NCBI GenBank assembly: GCA_028534125.1
Contig: CM052816.1
Coordinates: 67,706,001 to 67,770,000 of the forward strand
Direction: 5' to 3'
From: Lama glama
Taxonomy: Eukaryota
DNA: 64,000 nucleotides
Shown: positions 1-16,741 of the stretch, one piece after another
Position numbering within the stretch: the first letter of the stretch is position 1
Layout of the letters: each line of letters opens with the position of its first letter
Notes under the pieces: generated by a model
What the model saw: the letters and a program-made list of their open reading frames with translations, nothing else
Database searches by the model: none
Told to the model about the DNA's origin: nothing
Translations under genes and position numbers: made by a program

Positions 1-1459
1 GTGGGAACAAAATGTTTTCAGAAGTGTTTGCTTTTCCACCACTAAAATCACATTAATGATGTCAGCATGAATAATATTTATTATTAGATCTAATTTCATA
101 AATTTTATCTTATCTTCTATGTTAAACACAGAATATTCACTACTGGCTCTTGACAGCAAGTGTTATTTAAATGTCAAACCAGATAAAAGGTTTATTTTCA
201 TTATCATATCTTGTTAAAATAAAGAAGACTCAGACATTTTGATTTCTGAATTTTCACTAAGATCACTTGAATTAAAAACAAAATCTTCCCATCCAAAACC
301 TTTATATTCTCTTATATAGCCAGAGTGAGTTCCAAATACCATAAAATCTCTTTACCATATTTCTTATGATGTTCAGTCATTCAAGTGACTATGCAGACAG
401 CCTAACTTTAAAATTTCAGAAAGTGGGCAGCACAACAACTGCTACAAAACCACTGAAGTTCTCAGAAAGAAAAATCTATTGTAATATTAAAAAATGAAAT
501 GATTTGTCTATGCATTCTGCAAATTACTTATTAGTTTGCTTAATGTTTTTCAGATATTACGGTATTCTAAGCAACAAGAAAACTTCTAATACAATCTGTA
601 GGCTTGTGTAGAGAATAAATAATGGAGGCAAAAGATGGACTTCATGAGATGAGAAACAAGTCAAAGTTAAGTGCTTAATTTTTGAGACCCTGTACAGACT
701 ACAACATGTGACTTAGGGAGGAAGACAAGGTTGGACTGAGAGAGCTCCAAAAGGGTGTAATGGCAGAGGTAAAACAAGAGAGATTTGATCTGCAGGGATA
801 TGAATTGCCAAAAAAGTGTGTACTGTAGCTATGTTTATTATAGGAAAAGTGGTCTTTCCCTCCCACTTTTTGGAAAGGGGGTGGAGGTAAGATAATCATT
901 GGTCTAATAAAAGCATAGCTTGTGCTCATTTTTGCTATCACCATACCTCATTTCCCTACCTCATTTCTTCATACCTCCAATTAGGGTTACTCCTGTTCCT
1001 TGCTGATTTTTAAGGATATTGCAGGGATCTATGGAATTTTTGTTGTATTGTTATTTGACATAAATTGTCACAATCAGAGTAAAAGTCCATTGCAAAGAAA
1101 GTAATGGAAGGGTTTGTTTTTTTGTTTCTGATAATGCAAAGTAGGTATAATGATTTTATTGGTTCCCATCTTGTGTAACTCATTCTCTACAATGAGACTG
1201 TACGTTATACATATGTCAGCTGTTTTTCTTATCAATTGGATTTTAGTTTAGGATACTACTTTAAAATAAAAGAGAATCAGTCATAATACAATAATGAGAA
1301 GGTCCATGCAGTTTGTTAGCCTGGTTTTACTTGCCACTAATTCTTCTCCTTAAAGAGCTTTAAGTATTACATATTAATTTCAAATCTCATATTAGAAAAC
1401 AATATTTGAAGCCTCATCTAATAAGTAGATATTAAATACTAGATGTGAGGCTCCATGCT

Positions 1460-2245
1460 ATTTTTTTTATTGAAGTATAGTTGATTTACAATGTTGTGTT
1501 AGTTTCAAGTGTTCAGCAAAGTGATTCAGTTATACCTATGTATATATATTTTCTATTTAGATTCTTTTCCATTGTAAGTTATTACAAGATATTGAATATA
1601 GTTCCTTGTGCTATATAGTAGGTCCTTGTTGTTTATCTACTTTATATATAGTAATGTGTATATGTTAACCCCAAACTCGTAATTTATTCCTACCCCTGCC
1701 TTTCTCCTTTGGTAACCATAGTTTGTTTTTTATGTTTGTAAGTCTGTTTCTGGTATGTAAATAAGTTCATTTACATCTTTTTTTTTTAGATTCCACATGT
1801 AAGTTATAGCATATGATATTTATCTTTATCTATCTGACTTACTTCACTTAGTATGATAATTTCTAGGTCCTTCCATGTTACTGCAAATGGCATGATTTCA
1901 TTCTTTTTATGGCTGAGTAATATTCCATTGTGTACACCCCCCCCCAACTTCTCTATCCATTTATCTGTCAATGGATATTCATGTTGCTTCCATGTCTTGC
2001 CTATTGTATGTCATGCTGCTATGAACATTGGGATGAATGTATCTTTTGAAAGTAGAGTTTTCTCCAGATATATGCCCAGGAGTGGGACTGATGGATCATA
2101 TGGTAAGTCTATTTTTGTTTTTTTAAAGAATCTCCACACTTTTCCGTAGTGGCTGCACCAATTTACATTCCCACCAAGAATGTAGGAGGGTTCCCTTTTC
2201 TCCACACCCTCTCCAGCATTTATTATTTGTAGACTTCTTGATGAT
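1460..2245 (-). mobile_element. L1 3' end fragment (L1MA-like; ORF2 C-terminus plus 3' UTR)
   Basis: Poly-T followed by attgaagtatagttgatttacaatgttgtgttagtttc. Minus-strand peptide [18 protein letters not shown]...LPYDPSVPLLGIY is typical of the L1 ORF2 end. Confidence 0.9.
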
Positions 2246-2302
2246 AGTCCCTGCTAGCTTTTAATAAAAGAGTATTTGAAGCAGTTCATTAACAGAGCCT
2301 TA

Positions 2303-2446
<144 letters not shown>

Positions 2447-2479
2447 TCAGTTTAACTACATTTAAAAAGCATCAGAGAC

Positions 2480-3610
2480 AATGGCATAATCTGAGACAAT
2501 CTGAGAAACAAAATAAATAATGATAGAAACAGATTATAACCCATAAGTAAAATAAGAATCCACAAGTTGATACTGATACAAATAAAAAAACTGAATAAAG
2601 AAATAGATAAGGTAGAAAGGAACTATTTCTGTAATTTTTAAAAGTCTGAATTAACTTCAAGATGACAAGTTATTTTAAAAAGAAAATGAGAACAGAAGCC
2701 AACTTGAAAGAGCTCCCAATGGCCAAAGCAGGAGTAATTTGAGCAACAAAATAAAAGATGATAGTACTAAATTATAACTCACAGTATAAAATAAAAACCC
2801 ATGAGTTTTGGTGATATAAGTAAAAAAGTGAATAAATACATAAACGGGGGAGAAGAGACAGCTTTTTACAGAAGATACAGAAGGAATAAGAAAAATAGAA
2901 AATCACCAATAGATCCACTGACATGCTAAAATCTGTGGTCAAATGTTGAAGACAAACAAGATATATGTGTATACTCTCCAAGTATCTCCCCCAAGACAAT
3001 TTTTAATAGTAATTTTACAGTGCCCAGTAGACAGCACCTTAACCAAGTGATGAAGGCTAGCATCACCAATAATAAGACACAATGACACCATGTACCCCCT
3101 GATACAATGTACTGAGAAGGGCACATCACCTCTGGAATTCTTGCAAAAAAATGCATAAACAATCTAATCATGAGAAAATCAGATATACCCAAATTGAGGA
3201 ACATTCTCAAACTAACTGGCCAATTCACTTCAAAAGTGACAAGGTCTATGAAAGACAAGGAAAGATTGAGAGATTGTCACAGATGGGAGAAGATTAAGGG
3301 GGCATGACAACTAAATGCAAAGTGAGATCCAGGATTGGATCCTAAAAAGAGAAAAAAGACATGAATGGAAAAACGTGAAATCTGAATAAAGTCTACAGTT
3401 AAGCTGTAAAGGATACTGTTGGGACAACTGGGTATATTTGAATATAGACTTTATAGTACATAATAGTATTGTTATTAATGTTAAATTTCCCAAGTCTCTT
3501 GACTGCATTGTGGCTATACAGAAGAATGTATTTGTTCTTAAGACATACATGCTAAAGTATTTGAAATGTCATGATGCCTGCACATAGCTTTCGAATGGTT
3601 CATCAAAAAA
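2480..3610 (+). mobile_element. Old L1 (L1MC-like) 3' UTR fragment
   Basis: Motifs such as aatctaatcatgagaaaatcaga...aaattgaggaacattct and catgacaactaaatgca...ggattggatcct recalled from L1MC 3' ends. Boundaries approximate. Confidence 0.65.
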
Positions 3611-4711
3611 TGACATGTGGGGAGGAAGGGGAAGAGGGAAAAAAAGAAGGGCAAGGAGGGGAGAAAGGGAAGAGAGAGCTCTAAGGGCAAGAATATTTCT
3701 GCCTCCATTGTGCCTGGCACACTAAATAATTGTAGGGGAATCAGAATACAGTATTATTCACAGAGTCCCTGAACTCCAGGAGCTCACAAACTCAGTGGGA
3801 AACTATCTGAACTTAGTAAGAAATAACCAGACAGAAAGGCAGGATATTGAGCAGTTAAGTATGTCTGAAGGTTTGTGTTGGAAAATAGTAAGAAGGGGTA
3901 AAAAGTTGAACCAAAACAACTGGTCTTCTTCTATAGTATTCTGTAGTATGCTGGTCCCTCCAGATGCTACATAAAAAAACAGACCATGGTAAGATAAAAT
4001 TGGGAATTAATGCATCTTACCCCATGATTTTATAGATTCTCAATGTATGCTAACTTATTGAAGGTTCCTAGAAGCCTTTCAGTGAACAGACCCATTTCAC
4101 CTCATGTAATTCAGTGTTCATCCATTTTAACTGAACACAGAACTCCTTCTTCAGGGAACTTTTCATAATCCTGCCAAACTTCCAGAGAATATGCTTTAGG
4201 AAATGCTGCTGAAGAAGCAGAAACCTTAGGTTTCTGAGCTGGGGAATAATCAAAGTAGCAGTTAAGGAATAATGATGGCTACTGTATATTCAACATTCTT
4301 ACAGTGTACTAGGTATTATGGCTAGAGAGTTCTACACAATCTCATTTCAAACCTAAGTGATAAATATTCTCATTATTTTATACGTGAGAGAGCTAAAGTT
4401 TAAGAGTGCTAAAATCACACTGCTAGCAAACCAGAGGACCAGAATTTGAATCAAGGTCTCTATGATCTTGACCACACATCCAGATTAACAAGTAGATTAT
4501 TCAAGTATCCCAGTTGGGATGATTAATTGTAAGGTGACTTAATTCTGATTCCAAACTAATGCTCATAACCGCCATGCTATACTACCTCTACCTCTCAAAA
4601 AGATTCATCCGGTACAGCTATTATAGCATGGATTAGAAAAAGACTGAGAAGCAGAGAGATGACTGAGTTAAAAAAAACAAAAAAAACAATGAGATAAGAA
4701 TTATTCTAAAG

Positions 4712-4936
4712 CGGTGTTTCTGAACTGGGAGCAATTTTGACCCTCAGAGGACACTCAGCAATGCCTGGAGACATTGGTTGTCATAACTGGGGAGAGGAGA
4801 GGGTTGCCACTGGTATCTAGTGGGTAGAGGCCAGAGATGCTGCTGAACATCCTACAATGTGTAATACAGCACCCCTAACCCCCAGAAAATAATTATCTGT
4901 GTCAGTGCCAATAAGTGCTGAGGTTGAGAAACCCTG
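4712..4936 (+). mobile_element. MER20-like hAT-Charlie MITE with perfect 8-bp target-site duplication
   Basis: Internal ggtatctagtgggtagaggccagagatgctgctgaacatcctacaatg; end gttgagaaaccctg; ttctaaag flanks both sides (4704-4711 and 4937-4944). Confidence 0.9.
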
Positions 4937-5520
4937 TTCTAAAGATATATATACACAAAATGGGGAAAGTCAAATTAGCTTCTGAAATTACAAACAAAAC
5001 AGCCTCCTCGTCATTCCGTCCCACTCATAAAAGACAACTTCTAACAGGTTGAACTAGAAAAACAACTCAGTAATCTATGTCATGGACTCCTCTCTTGCCA
5101 AAAGGCTTCTGAATTTCCATACAACAATGTTTATTAAAAATCAGTTCTTCTTAATGTCTGCTAATATCAAATTTAAAAACATCAAAGTAACTTTGATTGC
5201 TTTGCTATCATACACATAAAGAATTTTTAACTTGCTCATGTGTAAGGTAAGGCAAATGTAAAGATATGAACAGCAAAATATTGCTACTTAAGGGGAGAAA
5301 AGTAAACAGCATATAAGAAAACCTCAACAGATTAAAACAGTAAAATCCAAAGGAAGAGATTAAATGGAAAATTGCAGTTTCCTGGCATTATGAAATAAAA
5401 ACAAAATTTGGATTTTCTGAAATCAGATAAAGTCATTTTACTGAATTGTAAAAATGATATCTACAACCGTCAAAAAAAAAAACACCCCAAAACCCAAACA
5501 AACCCACAATACTATGGTTA

Positions 5521-5817
<297 letters not shown>

Positions 5818-7713
5818 CTATCAAAAACAAACAAAATGAATTCAATGTGAAGAAAAACTAATGAACCTAAAGTATTTTGAATTAAGCATGATTTTTAATT
5901 ACCAGAGGGAAACCGGACATTTCTTAAATCTTCACCATACTATACAATTTCCAAATACATAAATAAGGAGGAATTTTATATTCAAGTTTAACTGGTAATT
6001 ATCAAAAGTCCTTAACATTTATTAGTTCAAGTAAAATGAAGAGAATGAACATTAAGTGGATGGATATATATGCATTTCTGTACTCCTATGCTTACCACAA
6101 AACAAAACAAACAAATCTGTGAAGAACCCCAAATTTGTATTCATATTAAGGTAGTTTACAGAGAAAAAACTGAAGCAAGATTTAAAAAAAAAGCCAAATC
6201 AAGAAAGGCACCTGGGCGGGTATTCAAGAGATAAGAGGATTTCTCCTACCAATGATAATGGTGCTTACCTAATTTTTTGTCTTGTACAAAAAGGTTAAAA
6301 AAAAAAAACTGTAAAAAAACTACAATGAATGGAGTGGAAAAAAATCAAATGACTAAAGAAAAGCATTCTATGATGAAATCAGCAAAAGATAAGGATATAA
6401 TTAAAGTACATATTATTACAGTTATTATCACCATGTCTGCAAAGCCAGAGAGTCCCTAAAGGAAAGAAAGGGTTCATGTCTTGACATTATGGACCAGTTA
6501 GCTAAAAGTAAACTTAATACCTAAGATAAGATATTATAGGAAAAATTTCTGAACATTAGAGTTGAATAAACACAGTTTTGGGGAAAACAAATCACAACAT
6601 ATTTTTCATGTGTTCTGTTTTAAAGTGATAAGTAAAGGAGAATAAATCAATTAGAATATTTGAATTTATTATATGCCTGGCAGTGTTAAATAGCATACCC
6701 TATCTAAGTCTTCATTATGTCTTATATGATATTCTAATTTTAAAAACCAGGAATATATAGCCTAGTCCAACCTAAGCTTTAGCAGAACAAACTAGACCAC
6801 TGCCTCAAAAAAATGGCATCCAACAGCTCAGTTACCAACTTGAGAGTTTTCCTGAGGACTCAAGGGGCAGGTGAGAGCCTATGTTAAATACCATTAATGA
6901 ATGAGATAAATAGGGTATATTTATTAAGTTGACAAATTTTATTAGATTCATATTAGGTTTTTAACATGCTGAGAAAAGAGAATTCAAAAGCTGCAGGACT
7001 CTAATGATCATAAAAAAGAAACGGAAATAAATTTTACTGATATACAAACTTAATGAGTTATTGTGTCTGTTTACAAATTTAATATTTTTAAACAGAATTT
7101 ACCAGATTATCAAAAATATTTTACTTTACTACTGTCTACTGGAGAGATTATCTGGTTTTGAACTCTACATTAAAAAAAAGTAATGGACTAAGCAGACAAC
7201 AACAAAATCATCAGAATCCAACCAACAGATAATTTGATTTCCTGGGAATGAAAAAGCATTTAAGCAGAAGAGACAGTCAAGGAATGGAAACTGTCCTTAC
7301 AAATAAAAATGACTAATATAAGGTAAATACCACATATTTTTTCTTATTCATCCACTTAGCAATTATTAAGTACCTAACATATGCCATGAGAATACAGAAA
7401 GGAGAAACTGAGTTTAAATGGCAACAAACAAGAAAAATGACAGCAATTATTCACAGGAATGGGATTAAACACTGGAACAAGTGGTTCTAGTGTCTATCCT
7501 TGGATAACTTTTTATGTCTGTTCAGAAAGAGATGTTTCTAAAGGTGGGAGGTGAGACTACAAAGAACTTTTGCAGTTTAAGCTCTATAATAAGTGGCACA
7601 GTATTAACACCAAAGGTAAAATTAAAGTTTTTCAATGGAATAAGAGTCATGATGGAGGCAAGCAAAAGTACATTCTCATATTATAAACAACTAGGAGACA
7701 ACTACATTAATTA

Positions 7714-7974
<261 letters not shown>

Positions 7975-8053
7975 TTACCAGGTTTAAATATCACTTTGAG
8001 AACAATTTTATTTCTTATTGAACATAACTCAAATCATTAATTCAAGACGGTTA

Positions 8054-8206
<153 letters not shown>

Positions 8207-8699
8207 TCATAATAGCTAGTACAGGATTTATATGGAAGGAACCTCAGAAAAATCATCTGATATATGTTTACCTAAAAGCAGGCAGGCACAGCATGTTAAA
8301 TTATTCTGATGCTTGTAATTTTTGCAAATGCTGTTTTGTTAGTTATACAACATGTACTCTGTTTACTGTTTTACAAAACATTCTGCCTACTTGATAACCT
8401 GGTAGTGCTATTCCAAAAGTTGCTTTGATGTCGCCCTCTCTGTAATGCCTGCCTAGGTCTTCTTTTACTCCCTTTCCTCCACGTGCACCTTCCAGATCAG
8501 AGTTGTTTCTAATTCTGTGCACGCCTTCCATTACCACACGAATCATAGTTTATAACATTTCTTCACTCACACCGCTCACCTCCTAAGAGATCTTAAACAC
8601 CAGTTTGTTGAAAACTTCACATAGGACCTAGACATGCTTCTCTTCTTCTCTCACCAGTCTCCCCAAAGGCCATGTTAAAATCCTAAATAATATAGCTTA

Positions 8700-8921
<222 letters not shown>

Positions 8922-10182
8922 TTATAATGCCGTATGCTAAAAACAATTTTGGCTTCTTTAGAATATGAAAAAATTAATTAGAAATTCTTACTTAGGACCA
9001 TCTAATTAAACCATTTAAGAAGTATTTCTCCTATTAACATACAGCAATTTTTAATCCGATTCCCACCACCAGTAAGAGTACATTTACTGGATCAATGAAT
9101 ATAAATGTTTCACATTACTTTTTTCCAGAAAGGCTATACCACTTTTTTATACAGTAAAGCATATCCTTAGAAGAACTGAACTGTCTCATTACAAAGGATT
9201 TAATTCTGTAAATAAATCTGACATCCATATATATTTTTTAAATGAGTATTTCCTTAGTTATTAAGTTGTCTGGACAATTTTCACATGTTTCTTAGCCCCT
9301 TGAAATTCTTCTTTTGTGAAAATTCTCTTCATGCCCTTTGCCCATTTATGTACTGGATGCCAGGTTTCTGTTTGCAGCTTTTATTTTGTTGGTAAGGTTT
9401 TATTAGTTATTTTTTATAAGCATATTCAATTTGTCCCAATTATCTTTTTTATTGTTTCTTATATACCATTTAAAATTAATGCAGCAGTAAGACCTCCAGA
9501 TTAATTTGTTCTCTTTTTTACTGATTTTAGTCTTAAAATATTTATTTCAGATATAAAAATTTGTGATTACATGAAACAGTAATAAGATTACAATTTCTGT
9601 GGTTTCCCCCTGGGATACTGCCAATGCACATGAATCAAACTCCCAAATTATGGCCAGCGCTATTTAGAGGGTACTTTTTTTCATCTTGGAGAGAAACTTT
9701 CTATTTTAACTTTTGCTACCTGGTTTTAAGCATTTATTAATTTTTTCCAAAATAAAAAGCTACAGAAATATCAAAAGGAGAAATGCTCTAGAGTAGTTTT
9801 GGGTCAGGAAGCTTGAGAAATAAAGCTAACCTTTTCATTGTATTTGAAAGAGATGAGGAGTAAGAGAAAAGAGTCCTGAACTAGAAGTCAAGATACTCAG
9901 GTTCGTTCAAATGACTCTTTTGGCTTCATTTATCATTTGAACCATGTAAAGTAGAAAATCTCTAATGTCTCCCAAAACTCACAAAACCCCCATTCTAAAA
10001 TCAATTCACTTTATAAAAACTAAGAAAATTCAAACATTTACTTTTCCACAGATGAAAAAAATCTCTCAATTCTTTATCACACCCTTGTCCTGATACCACC
10101 ACTTTCTATTCTTCATGAATTTTGAAGTACTTACAATACTTAAAAGATTGATGGGATGAAAATGGGACTTAATCACTTAGAC

Positions 10183-10451
10183 CACTGCTTCTCAGACTGG
10201 GGTGCCTGGGAACACATGGGAGGTGCCCTCCTAACAGAAGTAGCAGTCCTTTCTGGAGTAATTTTTAAGAATCTCATTTTTACATTAAAACCAATAAAGA
10301 AATCTTGGAAAAGAAAGAAAATTCATGTGAATTTTTATGATAGTACTCTAAGTTTTTCATACCTGTCATACTGGGTTGCATTTCAGATCCTTCAGGGTTA
10401 TGAGTTTATTCTTTTCAGTAACTAGGCAATGGAAAAGTTTGAGAAGCACTG
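10183..10451. mobile_element. Degenerate hAT-type MITE
   Basis: Terminal inverted repeats cactgcttctcagact ... agtttgagaagcactg; TSD not recognisable. Confidence 0.5.
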
Positions 10452-10877
10452 CAGATTTTAAGTAATAACTATGATTAACAGCTACCATATCTCTTAATGA
10501 CAACTTATTATTCTCTTTGTTTAGAAGAGTCTGCTTATGTTCTCACAGATGAAATAGACTGTAATGAGGATTCCCTGAGAGTATCTATGAAAGAAATTAG
10601 GATGTCATGAAACTTAAAAATCTTGTATTTGGAAATGATTTTGGATAATCACTTTGCCTTGACAAACATTTACATAATGCCTCAGCTTCATTATCTGCAA
10701 AAGTGATAAAAACTACCTAATGAGACAACATACTAAGTGCTTGGCACAAAGTAATGACTGATAAACAGTAGCCACTTATTTTTTTACCTACCACGTTATT
10801 TTTCTTATGACATGGACATTTATTAGATTCTGATATTTAAGGTACTATTTTCAACACTGTAGTTTTCAACACATAAA

Positions 10878-10878
<1 letters not shown>

Positions 10879-10925
<47 letters not shown>
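10879..10925. repeat. (TA)23 microsatellite in intron 6
   Basis: Uninterrupted TA run, directly visible. Confidence 0.98.
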
Positions 10926-10928
<3 letters not shown>

Positions 10929-10989
10929 AGATGACCTTTAATATTTTTTTACCCTTGATTTTAACTTGAAAGCCAAGATTCAATAGTTA

Positions 10990-11241
<252 letters not shown>

Positions 11242-11537
11242 CTAACATTGAAAAAAGACAGTAACAATGATATTTGTGCCATGATACACATATGAAGAGT
11301 TGAATTATTTGCCTTTTATTTAATAAGTTTTTCATAAAGCCAATTCAAGAGCTTCAAAAGTAAGAATACATACAGCTTACTAAGGACAGTATTTTTACAG
11401 CAGGTCAGTGTTTACTTTTTTTCAGTCTATAAGAAAAACCTAATTAGTAAATAGATGATAAGAGAAGTATTTACAAATATCAAGTAAATCTTACATACTT
11501 TCACACCTTTGAAATGACCACTGTTTATTTAAATTCA

Positions 11538-11732
<195 letters not shown>

Positions 11733-12137
11733 CTAAAGAGTTTAAAACAAACAAACCAACTTAGGGTTTAATAACTCTGCGATTCTATTAGAATTCCTAA
11801 TTTGGTTCTATGAAAACGCCTAACTTGATCCTTTTTAAAGTATTTCCAAGTTTATTATACTAAACTTTCTATTAATTTGCTTCTTATCCTTAATAGAATA
11901 ATATATATAAGGATATGCAAGAAAAGCCCACAGCTATCTCCATTAATTAATCTCTTATTTTTGGTTTATTAAATAGACCTAATTTTATTCTGACGTGTAT
12001 TAAATCCTAGTAAAACCCTTCATAAATACATTAAATAAATATGTTTATTAGTTTCCAAAATATATTTTAAACTCCCTTTACAAGAATTACATAATTGATC
12101 TAAATTTAAGAATGTTATAGTGTATAAATCTGAATTA

Positions 12138-12404
<267 letters not shown>

Positions 12405-12999
12405 TTACTTGCTCATTTCTCGATAAGAAACAATGACCCCAAAAAAGCCATGTAGCATTTTATATTCTGAAAAAATGGCCCAAGATGCGACAAAATGCAT
12501 TTGCAAATGCTTTTGTCTGACATAGTTATCATGAGTAAACTTCTAAAATCTCAGACACCTAATAATAAATCTTTGGCCAAGAGAGCCAACTATGTGGTAA
12601 TTTTACAAATTATAAATATCTGACTTCTTTTTAAAGTATTTTGTAAACCAAAATAAAAAGCGTAAGAAATTTGTCTCATAAGCAGGCAAAATGCCTTGTT
12701 TTTTAGTGAAAAAAATTAAGCATCCAATTCCCTGCCTTCCACTTAATGCATTTACCAAATGCTGTTCTGTGACTGGTAATTTACAAACAGCACCAAGAAA
12801 TTCCTCCCATGGTACACCCTGTGGAGAACTAATGGCAAGTGACTCTTCCCAAATTAAGACATCTTACTGGAGGCTGATGAAAACTCTCCTATAGTGAGGG
12901 TGATATAGCACTCTCACTCTACTCCACTGATTCCTCTAGAACTTGGTCTTTTCATCAATGCCCAGTGGAAATTCTAGTTTGATGCCTAACTAGTTAAAA

Positions 13000-13625
13000 G
13001 ATAAAAAATATCGGTGAGAGCAGGAAGCAACTAGAAGCTGCATACAGTGCTGGTGAGAATGTAAAATGGTGCAACTGCTTTGGAAAACACGATCCAGCAA
13101 TTCCACTCCTAGGTACAAACCCAAGAGAAATGAAAAGATATGTCCACATAAAAACGTGTACAGGAATGTTCACAGTAGCATTATTCACAATAGCTAAAAG
13201 TGTAAACCAAATGTCCATCAACTGATGAGTGGAAAAACAAAGTATGTATACCCATACAATAGGATATTATTCTACAATTTAAAACTGGTAGAGTACTGAT
13301 TACAAATTATACCATGGATGAACTTTGAAAACATGATGCTAAGTGCAAGAAGCTAATCACAGAAGATTATACATATTATATGATTCCATTTATATAAAAT
13401 GTCCAAGATAGGAAAATTTAATATAGACTCAGAAAGTGGATTAGTGGTTGTCTAGGCCTGGGGAGAGACTGGTCTGGGGTTTCTTGTTGGGGTGATGAAA
13501 ATGTTTTAAAATTGACTGTAGGGATGGCTACAACTCTGTGAATATACCAAAACCCAATGAATGGTACAACTGAAACAGATGAATTGTATAGTGTATGAAT
13601 TGTATCTTAATAAAACCATTATTCT
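13000..13625 (+). mobile_element. L1MB-like 3' end fragment
   Basis: gatccagcaattccactcctaggta...aaatgtccatcaactgatga...ggggtgatgaaaatgttttaaaattga...aataaaa. Confidence 0.85.
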
Positions 13626-13935
13626 TTAATAGGCAGTTACTAAAAAGTAAAACAAAACCAGGCATACATGTATGCACTATTGGACTTGCTAAGTATTCAG
13701 ACTACGGATATGCTCACAGATGTACAAAATGACACATTGCATAAAAATATTTTTGCAGCATTATTTTTTTAGTAATGAAAGTTAAGGAGGAGCATAAATG
13801 CTCATTAGTATGTAGTTCATCCAATAAGCCATGATTTATCCAAATAATGAAATGCTAGGTGGCTGTTAAAAAGAATAAGGGAGTAACTTTATCTAGCATA
13901 TATCCCAAAAGGGGAGACACAATTCTGTATATACT

Positions 13936-14450
13936 TGTGGTAGTCTTTTACTTTGATGGCCCCTGTGAACTACAGCTCCCAATATTTACACCCTTCTGTA
14001 GTCTCCTATCATTTTAATTCTGGATTTGGGCACGTAACTAGCTTTGGGCAATGAGTGACTAGCAAACAAGATGCAAGGGGGTGGCAAAAGAGCTTCCACA
14101 TTGGAATTTGCCCTCTTGAGAGACTTTTTTTTTCTGCAACAGAAATTTATTGTCTCACAGTTCCAGAGACTTAAGTCCAAGATCAAGGTGCTGGCAGGGT
14201 TGGTTTCTTCTAAGGACTGTACGAGATAATCTGTTCCATGTGCTTTCCTACCTTGAAATACTTATTGCTACCCAATTTCCATGCTATAAGAGATGCCAAC
14301 AGCCCCAACTGTTCCAGCTGAAGGACCAGACATGCAAGTGAAAAAGCAGTCATGGATACTGTAGCTTCTGCAGATGCCACAGGAGCAGACATAAGGCACT
14401 CCTGACCAATATGTAGATTCATAAGCTAATATATGATTGTTCCTGTTTTG
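13936..14450. mobile_element. MaLR (MLT1-like) LTR with an apparently nested second MLT1 fragment at ~14135-14255
   Basis: Starts tgtggtag; insert caacagaaatttattgtctcacagttc...aagtccaagatcaaggtgctggcagggttggtttcttct is a typical MLT1 motif. Confidence 0.6.
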
Positions 14451-14729
14451 AGTTTTTAAAAAGTAGGTAATTTATGTGTCCACATAAAGCCAATAAATAC
14501 TGTTGAGTATCTTGGGCTTTACTGTAAAATTTTTACTTAAAATTTACTTATTGAAGCATTAATATGCTCTAACAACCTCAAATCCAAGGAAACCCAAATC
14601 TCCCCCCTGGGGTCACTATATTTCAGTCATTTTCTCCATTTACTCATTTGCTCTTCAAGGTTAGAAAGTAAGTTTTAACTTGTATTTCTCCCAGTAGAAG
14701 TCTGTCTGTCTGTCTGTCTGTCTCAGGAA

Positions 14730-15570
14730 GTTAGCACCTATCTTTTTGCAAATCTCTTTGATGCCTGGCTTAATACAGAAGACAGCTGGATTCTCATTGA
14801 TGCTTCTGCATTCAATCTGCTATGATATGATGTTTTGGTTAAAGAACATGAAGAAAATCTGGCCTCACACAGATAAATAGTTGGAAAAAGTAAGCCTTCC
14901 CAAATAATAATGAAAATTCTTCTTTGATACTAATATTAAAGGAGTGTTTTCTTAAAGGAGGCTGTAATGTGGAATCTGAAACCACAGAAAAATTTCTTCT
15001 ACTATTACAATAAAATCTAGATGGTATATCTTACATACTTTGAATGATCTTACATACTTTACTCAAGAATGATCCTATTTCATGCACTGGTTATACGGAA
15101 AACTCTGGTTTACTGAGTTATGCAGATCTTCCAAACATTCACACATTTCATTGAGCAATATACAAATTTGATATCATTGACCTACTAGAAAAGTCTAAGT
15201 ATTGGGAGGCTATCAAGCTCACAGTGGTAGATACGAGTTTTCCAAAATTCTAATTTTTGCTTAAAATCTCAAATTTTACCACTAGTGAAAAAACCTAATG
15301 GTTGTTTTCCTTGAAGTGAATATTAATTCTTAAGTAAAGTGTCTGCCAAATACTCAAGTGAAGAGTACAATGTCTACTGGTATAGCTTTAATTCAGGCAA
15401 ATGCACCAGCAGCTTTACCCACCATTTAATTGTCAATGCAGTGAAAGGGGCAAATAACATGTCAATTTTATTACAAAATTAATTTTGACCTAATGGATCT
15501 ATAGAAAGCATCTCAGGGCAGGCCCCCCCCACCAAGAGCCTGTACATCACACTTTGAGAACTGATGCTCT
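14730..15570. mobile_element. Charlie1-like hAT DNA transposon fossil
   Basis: gaagacagctggattctcat...tctgcattcaatctg and terminal cacactttgagaac recalled from Charlie1. Preceded by (TCTG)n at 14701-14722. Confidence 0.65.
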
Positions 15571-15656
15571 AACAGATGGCTAGCCAATCTTTTCTGTGTT
15601 ATAAACAAGTTTAAAAACTGTAGGAACTTAACATATTTGCTGAAACATTAACTTAC

Positions 15657-15857
15657 AGGCACCGGGGAAACTCTTTTTCTCCTTACTCCTGGAGATTCTG
15701 ATTTCACTGTGCGCCCTGATGGGGAGCTGCCGGGGGAAGGACTGCGTCGGCCTTTGGGCGCTGGGGAAGCAGTGCTCGCCTGGCACTCTCCTTGAGACTC
15801 AGCTGCCAAGTTATTAATTTCAGATCCATCTCCTTTAACAGGGATTGGTTTTACCAC
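15657..15857 (-). CDS. MAP3K1: MAP3K1 exon 3 (201 nt)
   Basis: Acceptor atttag|GTG GTA AAA; encodes [13 protein letters not shown]...RKRVSPVP; donor CCT|gtaagt. Confidence 0.97.
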
Positions 15858-16444
15858 CTAAATTAAAATTCCAGTATTTTTATCACTTAAAATATTTAAA
15901 AAATAAGTAAATTTGAACATAAGACAAGAAATGAACTCAGTGAGTTTTTTATTATGCAATATTATACAAATACAACAGATAATATATCAGCTTTTATTTA
16001 CTATTACTTTATAAACCATAAATGTAAGACTGTTTTTACCCACACAGATTTAATTCATTTACGCTTTATGAACTAGTTAAAATGTTGTCATACATTACTT
16101 TAGAAGATTTGGAATTAAGATCCTTAGACCTTACCTTAAAAATAAAACATCAAAATAAAACTAGAAAAATTGCTTTTCTTTTTTGCGTTCTAAGTACAAG
16201 ATAAATCTCTAATAAAAGGATTTTAGATGCTGACATTAGAGGGCAGTGTTCCTTTAAGCATTACCTCTCCCACCCAACCAAAGGGTTTAGTTCCTAGAAT
16301 GGTTTGCTTAATGAGCATAGTTTAGCAATGTTCTGTTCAAGTGGCCAGGATCTCAAAGCAAATAAAACTACTGCATTTAAAATAAAGAAGGGAAAAAAGG
16401 CTTATAAGAGGATCTTTTTATGCTTAATTTTCCATTTCCTCCTA

Positions 16445-16741
<297 letters not shown>

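Noticed and set aside
1..1450. Search for MAP3K1 exon 12
   Set aside because: No sequence encoding the expected next peptide (recalled as RTSQLSISTLLELCKGQ) was found, so the exon presumably lies beyond the window start. The 699-944 ORF is intronic noise.
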